NCBI GenBank assembly: GCA_051362555.1
Contig: CM120642.1
Location: forward strand, 30,070,001 to 30,134,000
Origin: Lingula anatina
Taxonomy: Eukaryota > Animalia > Brachiopoda
Direction: 5' to 3'
Length of the DNA stretch: 64,000 nucleotides
Both the position numbers and the translations under genes were made by a program. Position 1 is the stretch's first letter, and the number at the start of each line of letters is the position of its first letter. Positions 11,362 to 24,937 of this stretch are shown here, one piece after another. A model generated the notes under the pieces. It saw nothing but the letters and a program-made list of their open reading frames with translations. It did not search any database and was not told where the DNA came from.

Positions 11362-14300
11362 GTGGAAAGCCACTGGAAACTCTGTAACTATTTTTTTTAT
11401 TAAAGATGTTGTATAAAGTGTCTGCCAGTGTTTTTCTTAGAAAGATACTGATATACCCTGAATATAATGGAGCAAATATTAAGTAAAATGTGAAATAAAG
11501 TGTCTGTCAATGTTTTTCAGTCATTGTGGGTGCCAGCGCAATGCACAAATGTGCAGCAAGTGTGGAGTCTGTACAAGGTGCACAAAGTATTTAAATGTAG
11601 GTATAATTGGTCAAGAATTACAAAATCTGCAGTTAATGTGAGCTTTCAGTTGATGCCATGACCTAAGAATTAATACACGGTATGTTATAAGCTTAAACCT
11701 GGCTACAAAGTTACATTTAGGGTTTTTATTTGAGTATTGATAATGCTTTTCAGATAATTCAACTTATATACTATTTTCTCATGAGAATATATAATCCTAA
11801 TGTATTTTATTTTTCTTCAAAGTTACATTTAGAGGTTTATTTGGGTATTGACAATACCTTTCAGATAATTCAACTTATTTATAATTTTCTCATGAGAATA
11901 TTTTCTAACGTAATTTTATTCATCTTCAATTTAATTTATAATTCACAATTTTTTTTTTTTCAAAATAGAAAGTTCAAACTGCCCTGCAGCCCGGCCTTGG
12001 TTCCTCCCGGCCATTCACTATGATTGAAGACATAAATGAGTCCTCCGTGATTTCTGTAGAAAATCTTAGTCGTGGCAACTTCATCAGCAATCGAAGGCTT
12101 AACGTTCAGAGTGGCACCAAATGGGCAGCTATGGATCCAGTTCATTTCAACTTCTTTGAGGTCACTCTACTTCCAGCAGAGATGGAAAGGAATAAGGTTA
12201 CAGTGGGTCTGTCAAAGTGAGTAACCAAGTTAACGTTTGCAGGAGTAGCCAGTATATATTTGAATTTTATAGTATTTGAATTTAGTCTAGTACCGGTAGA
12301 TCCAGTAGTAATTAGGTTAATATGTTACGTTCATGCCAGATGAAAACTTTGTATGGGTAGAATTTGTGGAAGTGATGTCTATATAAAATCACATTCAACA
12401 TTTGGATTATTTGGAAAAACGGTCATCATGTTTTTAGACTATTTCCAGTAAAACTTCATATACTTTATAATGAAGTGTAGAGACTCTCTTGGCTTCTCTT
12501 TACTTGCCTTGGATTGGGTGTTTGTTGCCATCCTAGCTTTTCAACTATTTTAAGATATTCAAATATTCTTAATATCAATCTGGTGCAAATGGTTAGAATT
12601 ATGACATATTTTCACTGGACTTGCCATTATAACCATAGCTCTTATGATGCTAGAGGCCTTGTAATATTTTGTATATCACATTTCATTGTTCACCCAAGTT
12701 TCAGTCTGTTTGAAATTTTGAAATATTAATAGCAGAATAATATAAATAGTTATGTTCTGACAGATACAGAAAGCATGGATCCAGTTTAGTATTCTTGCAA
12801 GGTAAATGTACAATGTAGAACAATGTCACCATGAATATGGCTCATAACTCCACTAAATCACTTAATACGTACTTCCAAACTTGTTACAAAATTGTTACAG
12901 GGTTTTTGGAAAACCTTTACTGGAATATCACCTGCAAACTGGTGTGATAGCCGACCATGAGGAGACAGGAGTGAAAGAGCATAAGGATGACAAGTGGATA
13001 GTATCAGAGGCATGCACCGTCAGGGTCCAGATGAGGTTCGACAGGGATGACCAGTGTAAGGCCATGGTGAGTACAGGCTACTAAATAAATACATCCTTAA
13101 AGTTGACCTGTGTACATTCAATTGAATTCATATGCCCTGGGAATTTAAGTTTTCTAATTTCTCAGAAAGACAAATTCCTACTTATTCTTGCTGTCCAGCA
13201 TTCCTTTCATATATGATAACATAATTTCTTTTCAATATTCTACTGATATTCATCTTTGAATTGTGCTGATACTTAAATCTGATATTTAAATCTTCCTGTT
13301 TTGTAGGATACAGAAAAGGTTAAGATAGAAATTTCAAAAGCAGGGGAGGTGATCTACACAAAGAAGACTCGACTTCAACGCCTGTGCGGTACCATAGGCT
13401 TCCATGGGAAAGGCATTGAGGTTTTCGTCAATGCACCTGGAATTAAGGTATTAATGGCTCTAGCTAATGTGTGTTTGCTTTCAGAGGTCACTGCAGTGAC
13501 GCTCATTCCTATTATCTGTCAGCTTGTTTCAGAATCTGTGGTTTATAGTGGAATTGACAATGGCATCCTGGTAATGGGGGTTCTTTAAGCAAAATGGCTG
13601 GGAATTTTTACCTTTTCAAAGTTGGTGATAAATTTGACATTGTAAGTAATTAAAAACAATAAGATAAATTTTTCATATAAGGAAAAGCATTTTATGTTTA
13701 AGTCTGAATGATGATTTAACAGGAAGCCGAGCTGACGCCCTCTCGGAGGATAAAGGAAGAGATGTTGGTAGAGATCAAGGACCCAGCTACAGGAGTCCAC
13801 CACTTGGCGGAGCTGGCATCCTCCACACATGACAACCAGTTATACACTGCAGGTAAAAACTAGGCCTCCATTTATAAATATTCTAATGTCATATGATAAA
13901 GAAAGTGAAACCTTGGGTGGGTGGGGGGGGGGGGGGGGGAGTTATAAGAGGGAACTTAATTCATAAATGTAATATACAGAAGAGCCATCAGAAATTAATT
14001 TTTGAAAACTTGAGATCAAATCTTCCTAGAGGAAATGGGAAATTAAAGGAAAGTTTTGCAATTTTTATTAAATTTTGTTTACAATAAGCATAATTTAAGA
14101 TTGATACTAATATTTTGGGAAAAAAAAACATTTTCAGTGATGAAACCTGAGGGCATTGAGAGCTTTAACATCAGCCCCTACAGTGACAGACTATTCCCTT
14201 TGTACTATTCATACTACAATAAAGAACCAAATGACTATTGGACTGAAGGTGAGAATTATTTTTTTAAATAATTTCAATCAAAAATGAATGCTTTAGAAAG

Positions 14301-14672
14301 CATAAGTGTGTCATTCTAAAATCATTGTAAATATTTACTGGATGGGTACATCTTGCAAACACTCTTGTTACAGTATTTTCAATAACAGTTATGATCTTCT
14401 CTTAAACATTTTGATTTATACTGAAAGCTGGAAAAGGTATTTACAAAATTTACCATTTATTTTCCAGCCCTGCATGAAGATTGTCCACAATGTAAAGAGA
14501 AGAATGAGGAAAAAGCTTCATCTTGTGAATTTTGTGGAACCTCTCTGAAGAAGATGGGTAAGTGGCATGTGTTTATTAATCATTTTGTTGCTTTAATGTC
14601 CAGAGATGTTATGTATGAAATAGATGCCAAGTGACAAAAAATGTAATGTTTACAGCCTTCATTGTAAGTTAT

Positions 14673-14742
<70 letters not shown>

Positions 14743-17700
14743 AGAAGGCAAAAATTGTGCAAATATCACAGTTGATGTCATTTTTTCAAATGTGTTATTT
14801 ATTTTAGAGTTGATATCTGCTGACCTTTCTGAGGAAGATTTGAACAGCAGAAGAGCACCAATATGGTTGTTTTCAGAGGTAAGGTATAAATTTATACATT
14901 TGAAGGTCTAAACTTGTATTTTGCACCTATAGTTTATATGTTGTTTATTGTTTATCCCCAGACAAGAACAAAGGTAAAGGTCATGCATGCAGAAATGGTT
15001 CAACTCTGGTTACCTGTATTAAAGGACTGCAAATACAAAAAAAAAAAAAAAATGTCTCCATGGTCCCAGGAGACATGCCAGTCGACTGAAACCCAGTACT
15101 GCTGTTGTATCTGCACCACTGTGATCCCATCAATATTTAAAGGAAAAAAACTTTTTTTTTTTGTATATTTGTAGACTCAGCGCACCAACATGAAGCCTTA
15201 CTACTCATCAAAAACAGACGGCCGCCTTGAGAAATGGTGTAGAAACTTCCTTCAGGGAACTGCAAGTAAGTGATAAGAACTGCAGCTTTTAAGGATTTTT
15301 GGTTTTACCTGCAACCCACTGATGTAAAAGTTTATGGACGAAAATTTGCCAGTCACCAACTAATAATTTGATTTCTTATTTGATATTAATGTAACTATTG
15401 GACAAGACTGCTAAAATTGTGCGTATTTCCATATTGTATGGGGTTTTGCTTCAGGTAATTCTGTTTTGAGTAGTAGTAGTTTTAAGTGTACAATATTTAT
15501 AGTCAGATTTATTCTTTGAACAATGTTGTTGACAGTATTCTTTGGGTAAAGTTATAATATATACCTTGGGATATTTTTATTTCCAGAAACTGCTTGTACT
15601 GTGGCCCAGAACCTTCCCCTGGTTGAGGAAAAGATTTTTGCAGAGAGTGATTTTAACTACTCTGGTTAGTTTCTTTTTCACTTTTTAATCCCTAATAAGT
15701 TTGAATTAAGCACATAGTAGTCTTTCTTTTTAATTAAAATTTTTAATTGATACAATATGGTTAATATTATATATTTGGATGACTATATAGTTCTATATAG
15801 TTGTGCATATATATCCATATTCTTGTGCATATATATCCATAGCAGCACAATGCATTTGATTGAGGGCATGCCTTCAGCTTGAACATACTCAATTTATTAT
15901 AGAAAGGTTCCCTGTTAGAATTATTTTATATGACAAATCTAATTAATAAAAAATAATAGATCAACCTCATTTTGACTCAAAAATTCTCGCTTTAGCAATA
16001 CAGATAATACACTATGCAAACGTGCACTATGCATACATTTAATAAATGTTATATGATAGTCTAAGTTATAACAATGATGGATTATTTACAGGTGTAGTTG
16101 GGGTAATAATCCCTAATCTGGTCAACCAGCACCTTGTTAAGATGTTACCCCATGTACGACAAGAAGCTTTGACCAAGGGAACAGAGAGAAAATTACACCA
16201 GTTGTGCTATTCTAGAGGTATGTAAAACAACTAAGACATTTCTGGCACAAATTAGACTTTCTCATTGATTGTCAAGCAGTTGTTTTGATTTAGGTTGAGA
16301 ACAAGGCTTTCTCCAGAGGGCCATCCAGCCATTATTTGGACAACCAGTAGCCTATATTTTCAAACACAGCTGGATGGCTGACATGTACCAACTTTTTGAG
16401 TTGGTTGGTTGGACTTAGGGTGCATTCCCAGAGATTTAGATGGATCCAGAGATTAAGATTTAGATCGACCTAACTCCCTGGGGGCTTACGCTAAATTGCA
16501 GTCAGCCGAGCGTGCACCATAGTTAATTACCCCCTTTCAGAATGGAATCAATCAACATATGTTTAAACAGACACACTTTTTCTTTTACACAAAAGTCTTC
16601 TAAATCTAAACTCTTTTCTTGGCAGTTTCCTGACTTAAGTTGCTCAAAGATCCCTTGTCATAAGGCCATCTAGCCATTTCTTCCAACTTTTTTCTTAAAT
16701 TCCAAAAAAAAAATGTCTTTTCTAGGAGATGCTGGTGAGATGTTGAAGGTGCGAGCAGACTACAAACTGCCTAAAGAGGAGGATGGGAAGTACTGGCAGC
16801 TCCATCTGGTGGACAGTCCAGGAATTGAAGTACCGGAAGACAACTTACAGGGAATGTTGGCAGTTTTAATTGCCTGTCATGCTATCATGGGATCACAGAA
16901 GGTGTGTAACATTATGACAGCCTAATTTGTTATATGCAATCAGTTGTTTTGGTGTTATCAGAATTCAAGGTGTTTGTACAGTGTCAGGGGCAGATTGAGG
17001 CAGTCTTCTGGATCTTCTGGAAGACGGTCAGATTTTAAAGTTTACATCGATGGGTATCTATTTTTTCTGTTGGAAGACCATCAAAAATGGAGGATGGATC
17101 AGCAAAGATTTGTAATACTGTCAGAAAATATTTCTGGATCTGTTCCTGTAATGGAGTCTTGTAGGATTCCTATACAGTCCTATATGACATCCTGTAAGAA
17201 TTTTTGTAAGGGAGGTGGATGCTCTCAACAGAATCCCAAAGAGAAATTTAAGTGAAAAGGGAATTTACAGTTTCAGTATCTTATTAGAGAAATCAGGATC
17301 ATGGACCATTGCTATATACAGGGAATTCTCAGAAGTTAAAAAGTTCCAGGCCAGCCTAAGTCAGTTAGTTTTCATTTACCCTGACTGTCATATTGATATC
17401 AATGTTGTGATTTTTATCTACTTAACGCATTTTTTTCCTGCTTTTATGTAAGATACCATTTGTCCCTTACAGGTGGAGCTGCCATCTCACAAGAAACTCC
17501 TGCCTGATTTAGACATTACTGAAGATGAGGTAGGTCAAGCCTTCACTTCTTGGCGAATTATTGTTTTTAACTAATTTATTTGTAAGAATTGACAGTGACA
17601 AATGTAGAAACTCAAGGATTTTATTCCCCAGATATTCATATGTGTGTATATATAAGAGGGCATTCCATCTGAATGACCAAGACTTTTATTATAATGGGGA

Positions 17701-20263
17701 GAAAGACAAAAATCAAGTTTCTCTAAGCACCTCAATATCTAGTGCAATCTTAGGTGGTCTTGAGCTTAAATGGTCTCTAATGATGATGCTATTCAAGGTT
17801 ATGACACATATTCCATAAATTATGTAAATATTTTTGTTTCCACTTTGGTCAGGCTGAGGAGTTAATCCAGACAGTGATCCACTTGTGCACCCAGTCCTTG
17901 ATGATGACGATGTTGTACCATGAAGTCAATGGATTTGGACAATATGTGTTGGCCAAGCTTCTGCCAGACCATGCATATGTAAGGAATACTGTTATACATT
18001 TCCACTTCATTGTTAACCAGTCTAAGACAATATGATTCCTGTTAATAGTTTTTATTTTTAGAATGCATGTGTTTTGAATTTTTAAGTTTGAAAATGAGAA
18101 CGAATTAATATTTTTGATAAAAAGGCTAATATGAAAATTGCAACTCCACTTAAATTTGCAAGACGTGACAGTCTACAGGTCCGTGTGCATGTACTAAATA
18201 CAAGTATTGAAGTGCTGCATCTGTCTATACACTGTACAGTTTTAGAATTAAGCAAAGTAAATTGATCATTTCTAACTTGAATTTTAGATATTCAAAGATG
18301 AAATCACTACATTGAATGAAGGCGGCATTCTTCACGAGCATGAAACAATGACTGGAGACACCCATCTTCTTTGCAAAGCGCATCTTAATTGTTACCTGCT
18401 TGAAGCTGGACTGACAGAATTTCCCATGGAAAAGTTTCAAATAGATGGCACCTCCTACACAAGACTGATCCGCTCCCTACGCATCCCCCAGAATGATATC
18501 AAGGCACTGCCGGAAGATTTCTTTCCATCTTTTCCATCTCTGGTGGAGTTTGATGTTAGCCACAACAAGCTTTCAATACTACCAAAAGGGATTGGGAAGT
18601 GCAAAAAACTATGTGGAATTAACGTTAAGAAAAACAATCTTCAGAATCTGCCAGAGGAATTACTGGAGCTCAAAGACCAACCTCTTCGATTAGAAATCTC
18701 TGAGAATCCAATCCATTCACTTCCAGAAGTCATTTGCCACCTTGAAAACCTGCAGCGTCTACTTGCCAATAACCTACTTTTAACAAGCCTGCCTGAAAAC
18801 TTTGGCAACTTGAAAAACCTGAATTATCTCACCTTGAAGCACAATTGCTTGCAGGTCCTGCCTTCGAGCTTCAAAAACCTCAAGAAACTCAAGTCTCTCA
18901 GTTTAGAGGGATTTCCATGGTTCAAACACAAACCAAATGGGTTTCTGTCACAGGAAGACTTTGGGGAATTCTTGAAAGGAACCTATGCCGACAAGTGGCT
19001 GGAGATGCATAAGGAGGTATGTCCCAGTTCTTGTGTATTATATATTACATTTTATGGAATGAACTACCCTCAAACATTCGGACTATAAATAGTGTTGAGG
19101 TTTTTTTAAAAAAGACTTAAAAACATTCTTATTTGCACAGTACTTCAATTAATTTTGATACTTGAAATTACATATTTTCACACAATAATAATAATTGTAA
19201 TGACTTTTTCCTAAACTCTAAAAACCATCATGTCATTAGACTTTACATACTAATTTAGTATTTCACAATATTCAGTAATAATAAAGTAAAATTAAAAGTC
19301 TTAATTGCAGTGTATGTAGTACCAGTTAAGGAATATATAGCTGCCATTTTCTCAGTTATGAGTACCTACATCTCTTCTTCTCCAGGACAAGGCCTCGTTA
19401 TACGAATTCTTTGATGAAGACTCCAATGGCCTGTTGGATGAAAAAGAGATTGCCAAGCTAAATGCATGTTTGTTCCACATATTTCCAAGGTTTAGAGGAA
19501 CTGAAGGTATGTTTTTTCCTCTTATGAAAAGGGAAGCCACATAAAATGCTATTATATGTGTAGAAGGAGATTTTCATGCAAGAATTCTCTCAAAATTTGT
19601 TGAACAAAAATTTTTGATCAATACATTAAGTGCTTAAGCTGTAGAGTTTTTCAAAATGAGCAAAGAAATTCAAATCATTGCACAAATTTCAAGATGTAAA
19701 TTTAAGTTGACTGTGATTATTCAAAGACTACAATTGTGTTACTGTGTAATTTACATTTTTAGAGGAGAGTGGTATCCCAGCAGAAATCCTGGAGCTAGAA
19801 AACCTAGAATATCTTGACCTGCAGTTCCAAGGTATAACCCACATCCCCGATGCAATCAGCAAACTCCACAAACTTCAGGAACTGGTAGTCTCCTTCAATC
19901 CGTGTCTAGAGACCATCTCCCCTCTTGCCGGGAGGCTACCTCTTAAACGATTAGTTCTGGACGAGTGTCCCTCTATTCGTACTCCACCCAAGGAGATCAT
20001 CTCCAAGGGGTTCCAGACCATTTATGCCTATCTGCGCCGACTGATTTCTGGGTCTGTGGAGTGCAAGAGGACGAAACTGATGCTTGTAGGATTGGGAGGG
20101 GTCGGGAAAACAAGGTGAGAGGGAAAAATTAGATTAAAATGTTTGATCATTTTCATCATAGCCAGTGTAACCTAGATTTGATGAGATGTTACATATGATG
20201 CTGATTATCTCCAAATTAAGGAAGGCCAAGTCTTAAGCAAAATTTCCCATTTATTCTTTGTGT

Positions 20264-20294
<31 letters not shown>

Positions 20295-23200
20295 GGAGCA
20301 TCCATCATGAAGTTCTGAAACTTTTAACCTATAGAATTTAAAACCTTCATAATCTGAGAATTGAGTAATAGATTAATAAAAATTTAATTTATCTATTTTT
20401 TTGTTTATTTTTGTCTTCATAGTCTGGTGAAAGCCATTATGAGTGGCGGTGGTGTTGGGGAGACACAAGAGGCGATACCCCAGGTGACTGATGGGATAGA
20501 TATCTGTACTTGGACTGTAACACGAGAAAAAGAAACTGTCAGCTATTCTGTGTGGGATTTCGCTGGGCAAACTGTCTACTACAATACACATCAGGTGGGT
20601 GCAAAGATTGTGAATTTGGAAAAATAAGATTAAATATATGATTTTATGAAAAGAAATAATAAACCAGCAAAAAGTACAATTTTAAATTTAAAAAAATTAT
20701 AATGTTGCCTCACCTCAGTATATCAGTTTTCCTCCAAATGAGTTTTTTTATTATCTTTTTTTCATATTTGTTTTTTTTTTTTTTAATGATTTATCTATTT
20801 ATTATATTAATATTATTCCCTCTCTTTCAGTTCTTTCTCTCAGACAGAGCAGTCTATCTCCTCCTGTGGAACATCCGCCAAGGTCACGAGCACGCTGGGC
20901 TGGACTTCTGGCTGAACTCCATAGCCGTCCATGCTCCCAAGGCCCCCATACTGGTGGTGGGCACTCACCTGGACCAGGTGTCCAAAGTGGAGATTCCTGT
21001 TGAAGAAATGCAGCAGAAATACAGCCAGATTAAAGGATTCCATTTTGTCAGCTCTCACAGTGGACAGGTGGGTACTGGATTGTGGTAGGTGAGACAGTGT
21101 GAGTTTTAATACATTGTGTTGGGTGAGACACATTGTGTTGGGTGAGACACATTGTGTTGGGTGAGACACATTGGACTGTATTTTGTAAGCTATATCATAC
21201 AAGGCACAGCAATGTGTAAGGTGAGGGTATACAGCAAAGTACATCCAAATAAAAAGAGTTTAGTCTATCTGTCTCTGTGGACAGGTGGTTAGAATAGCAT
21301 GTTAGGTGAAACAGCACTAATAAAGCACTGAAACAGATACATTGCGTTAGTTGAGATCCAGGATATTGTGCAAGATCATTGTTTTGGGTAATATTGTTAT
21401 GGAAATTCAACCTGTTGGAGAGGTAGCTAAATTGGCTAGGAAGGTAATGTATTAGGTAACCTTATTTATTTATTTTGTTCATTATTTACATAATATTTCT
21501 CTATGTTTGTTCGTTTTCTAAACTTTTTAAAAAATTTTTTAACTTTAATTTTTATATAATTATATTGCAGGGCATAAAGGACCTTCAGGAAATGTTGCTT
21601 GATGTGACTTTAGAGCAGCCCTACATTGGAGAACAGATCCCTCAAGTATGGCTCAACCTGGAGAAGGAGATTATCAAGTGAGTACAATTTTTATGTCATG
21701 TAATGTGTTGTGGTGTGTATGAATATGTTTTGATGTCATTTTACAAGAATTTTGCTTTTAACTTTCAGTTGACAATGAAAAGTTGTGCACTGTCAATGTA
21801 TTATCTCAATAAAGCAAAAAATATATACATACTTGTATATACATATCCCATGACATATTTAATGGATATTTCATTGAGGTGTTAGGTTACAGTATCTGTC
21901 CTTATATTCATAAAAATGTATAGTGCATAACTAGATTAATTCTATGTGACTTATTACACTGTTTACCCTTCCTGTTAACTTGTTATTTTTAGGTTGAGAA
22001 CTACAGAAAGTGTAGTCTCCTATGTTTCCCTAGAAGATTTAGCATTGACCAAATCAGGAATATATGATAAATCTGAGGTAAAAATCATGATATCATACAA
22101 AGTACACTTTAAGACCCCATTTCCAGAGATTAGATCGATCTACTTTAGATCGACCTAACTCCCTGGGGGTTCATGCTAAATAGCTGTCAGCCGAGCGGAC
22201 ACGAAAGTTAATTATCCCCTTACAGCTTGTAGTAGGCGGGACGGACATTTAAGCCGGATTATCTGACAGTAATCTAGTGAGACTCCCCGGGGGGATAGAT
22301 CGATCTAAAAGCTCTGGGAATACAGCCTAAGAGGCTGAAAATTACAATACCCTGGCTATTATATATTATCACGCCCCCTGGTGTTGAGTAGAATACAGAG
22401 AAGCTGGTGATTAGATGAATACGTTGGAAAAAAGAGGGGGCATGTGATTCTGTTAATCTGATTGCATTCAGCAAGAGTTCCTGTGGAGTTGGATCGATTT
22501 ATGTAGAACAAATTTCATTGGGAATGGGACCTTATGTGTAAGTATACCATTTGATGTGGGAATGTCCAAACTGTTCCTGTTCACTTTTCTTTCACTTTCA
22601 CTTTCATTTTCCTTTCACTTTCACTTTCACTTTCCAGGTCTCTCAAGCTGTGCAGTTCCTGCATGAGTTAGGAAGCCTGCAGCATTTTGACAACAATTTC
22701 CTCAAGTCACATGTGGTCATCAACCCCCAATGGATTGTGGACGTGATGTCCTGTGTGGTGTCTGTCAATGACTCGCACATTAAGGTGGGTAAAATGGAAC
22801 TGTTTTCATGCACTATAACATACTGGTATTGTGACAGGGAATTTTTCTGACCAGCCTAAAACGGTGTGTGCCAGAAACTTTTTAGTGTACTGGCCCACTA
22901 GAACCTTAGATAAGACAAGACTTTGAGTGGGGTTTTATGTTTAAAACTTGAAAAAAAATCAACAGTTCATAGATTTGAAATGTTACCATTAATTTGAAAA
23001 CTTGTGAAGAAAATGTAAATAATGTCATACTATATTTTGTGCATAATGTGTCCTTTTGTTTACATATGGATTGCATGGCTCAGTGGCACATGCATGGAAA
23101 AATTGCCTCATTATTTTACCGTCAAAATTTTTATCCCTGAAACATTGATTTTTCTATATTAGGATGGCTACTTCAACCACACAGACATTCCCAAAGTTTG

Positions 23201-24897
23201 GGAGGATTATCCCGCAGATCTCCACTGGTGGCTTCTTCGTCTCACAGAGGAGTATGATCTGACTTTCCAACTCCCAGACAAACCAGTCAACCTGGTGCCA
23301 TGCCTTCTCCCCGAGAAACAGCCTCACTTTGATTGGCCAGAACTTGACAGAGAAAATGGAGAAAGAGAGGCAAAGATGATTTACAAGTTTGATTACTTGC
23401 CTGCTGGGTTGTTTAACCGAGCACAGGTGAGAGAGACAGATGTTGAGATTTTTTTACCTGCCATTGGATGTTTTTGGACCCAAGCTAGAATACACTAGTT
23501 TTCAAATTGATTAGTTATTTATAATTAAATGTGTTATGTGAACAAAAATATTTGGCAACATGACTTTGTAAAATTTGGTTTAATTTCGGCATGGGTCCAC
23601 TGTAACTTTATTCAACTACATTTCTGATGTTCTTGTAGGTACGACTGTATGAGTTCTCTGATAGCTCTGTGATCTGGAAGAGGGGCTCTAGGCTGAAAAA
23701 GAATGACCACATTGCTCTCCTCACTCAGTTTAGGTAAATACCAGATATTGGACAATACCATTACTTCAAAAAGGCATTACTATATTGTGGTTAAACAGAA
23801 AATATTTCAATGGTTTAGACGTGATGGTTTATAAGATACTTTAGTTCGTATGTTAATGTGGCAATGTTGCAAAATTTTTTGAGTGAATTAAGCTGTACAT
23901 GCATGAAGGGAAAAATCGCCATAAATTTTCAAAGATAGTTCGTAGTTCTTAATTTGCATACAGTGTTATAATAGATTCATGGCTGTTTCTCAAATTATTT
24001 TTCACATTTCATTTCTTGTCTAGGTCTTTTAACTTAACTAATTAATTAATTAATTAATTAATTTATGTTTTCAGAGACTCTGAGCTGCATGTGAAAGTCC
24101 AGGGGACCACTCCAGAAAATGTCCTCTTCCTGGTCCATGAGGTGTTTGAGGGGTTGATCACAGAGTCTTTCCAGGGGGTGGTGTACGACTACCTCATGCC
24201 CTGTCCAGACTGTTCCAAGGCTGTAAGTATATAAACTTGGTCTGAGGGGTCATCCATTTTCAGGGGCGGATCCAGAGCTTTTTCTGACAGTCTTCCAAAT
24301 TATCTTTGTTGGTCCATCCTCCATTTTTCACCATCTTCTGACAGAAAAAAATTGAAACCCATCAATGTTAACTTAAAAATCTGACCGTCTTCCGGAAGAC
24401 TCAGAAGACGGCCTAAATCCACCCGATTTTTATCAGGTAAGTTTTTCACAAATTGGACAAACCTACTAATAGTATGCTGGGGTAGCGGGTTCATGTTCTC
24501 TGTGTGCTTTTGGAAAAAAGATGGGGAAAGTGCCTAGTTTGGACAAATATAACTGAATCTTTTGGCTTGAATTACATGTACGCAAAAAATTCTGGCTGGC
24601 TCTTTATCCCAAGGAGTAAACTTTTTCCAGACCCTCCCCCCCAACCCCCTGTTCAGAAAAATAGTGTATGATGATAATATTTCAGTTAAATTAATTATTA
24701 TAAAAGAATTAATGATCTATTTTCAATCTTCCAGCATGCCCGTGACCCTCACATGTTTTCAGCCTCCTCCATCAGAAGAGCTACACAACTTAAGGCACCT
24801 TTCCTGCAGTGTACCAAGTATTTCCATGTCATACCTCTGACAGATCTACATAGTAAGTTTTATTTTGCAGTTAAGATATAGCCATGTTTTTATTATA

Positions 24898-24937
<40 letters not shown>

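Noticed and set aside
11597-11606. Donor GTAG|GTATAA at 11600
   Set aside because: Gives phase 1 and a stop in the next exon; AAT|GTAGGT at 11596 gives the required phase 0.
16944-17255. Repeated peptide KWRMDQQR in ORFs 16944 and 24300 as a small gene family
   Set aside because: Translations of the same non-coding MITE in opposite orientations.
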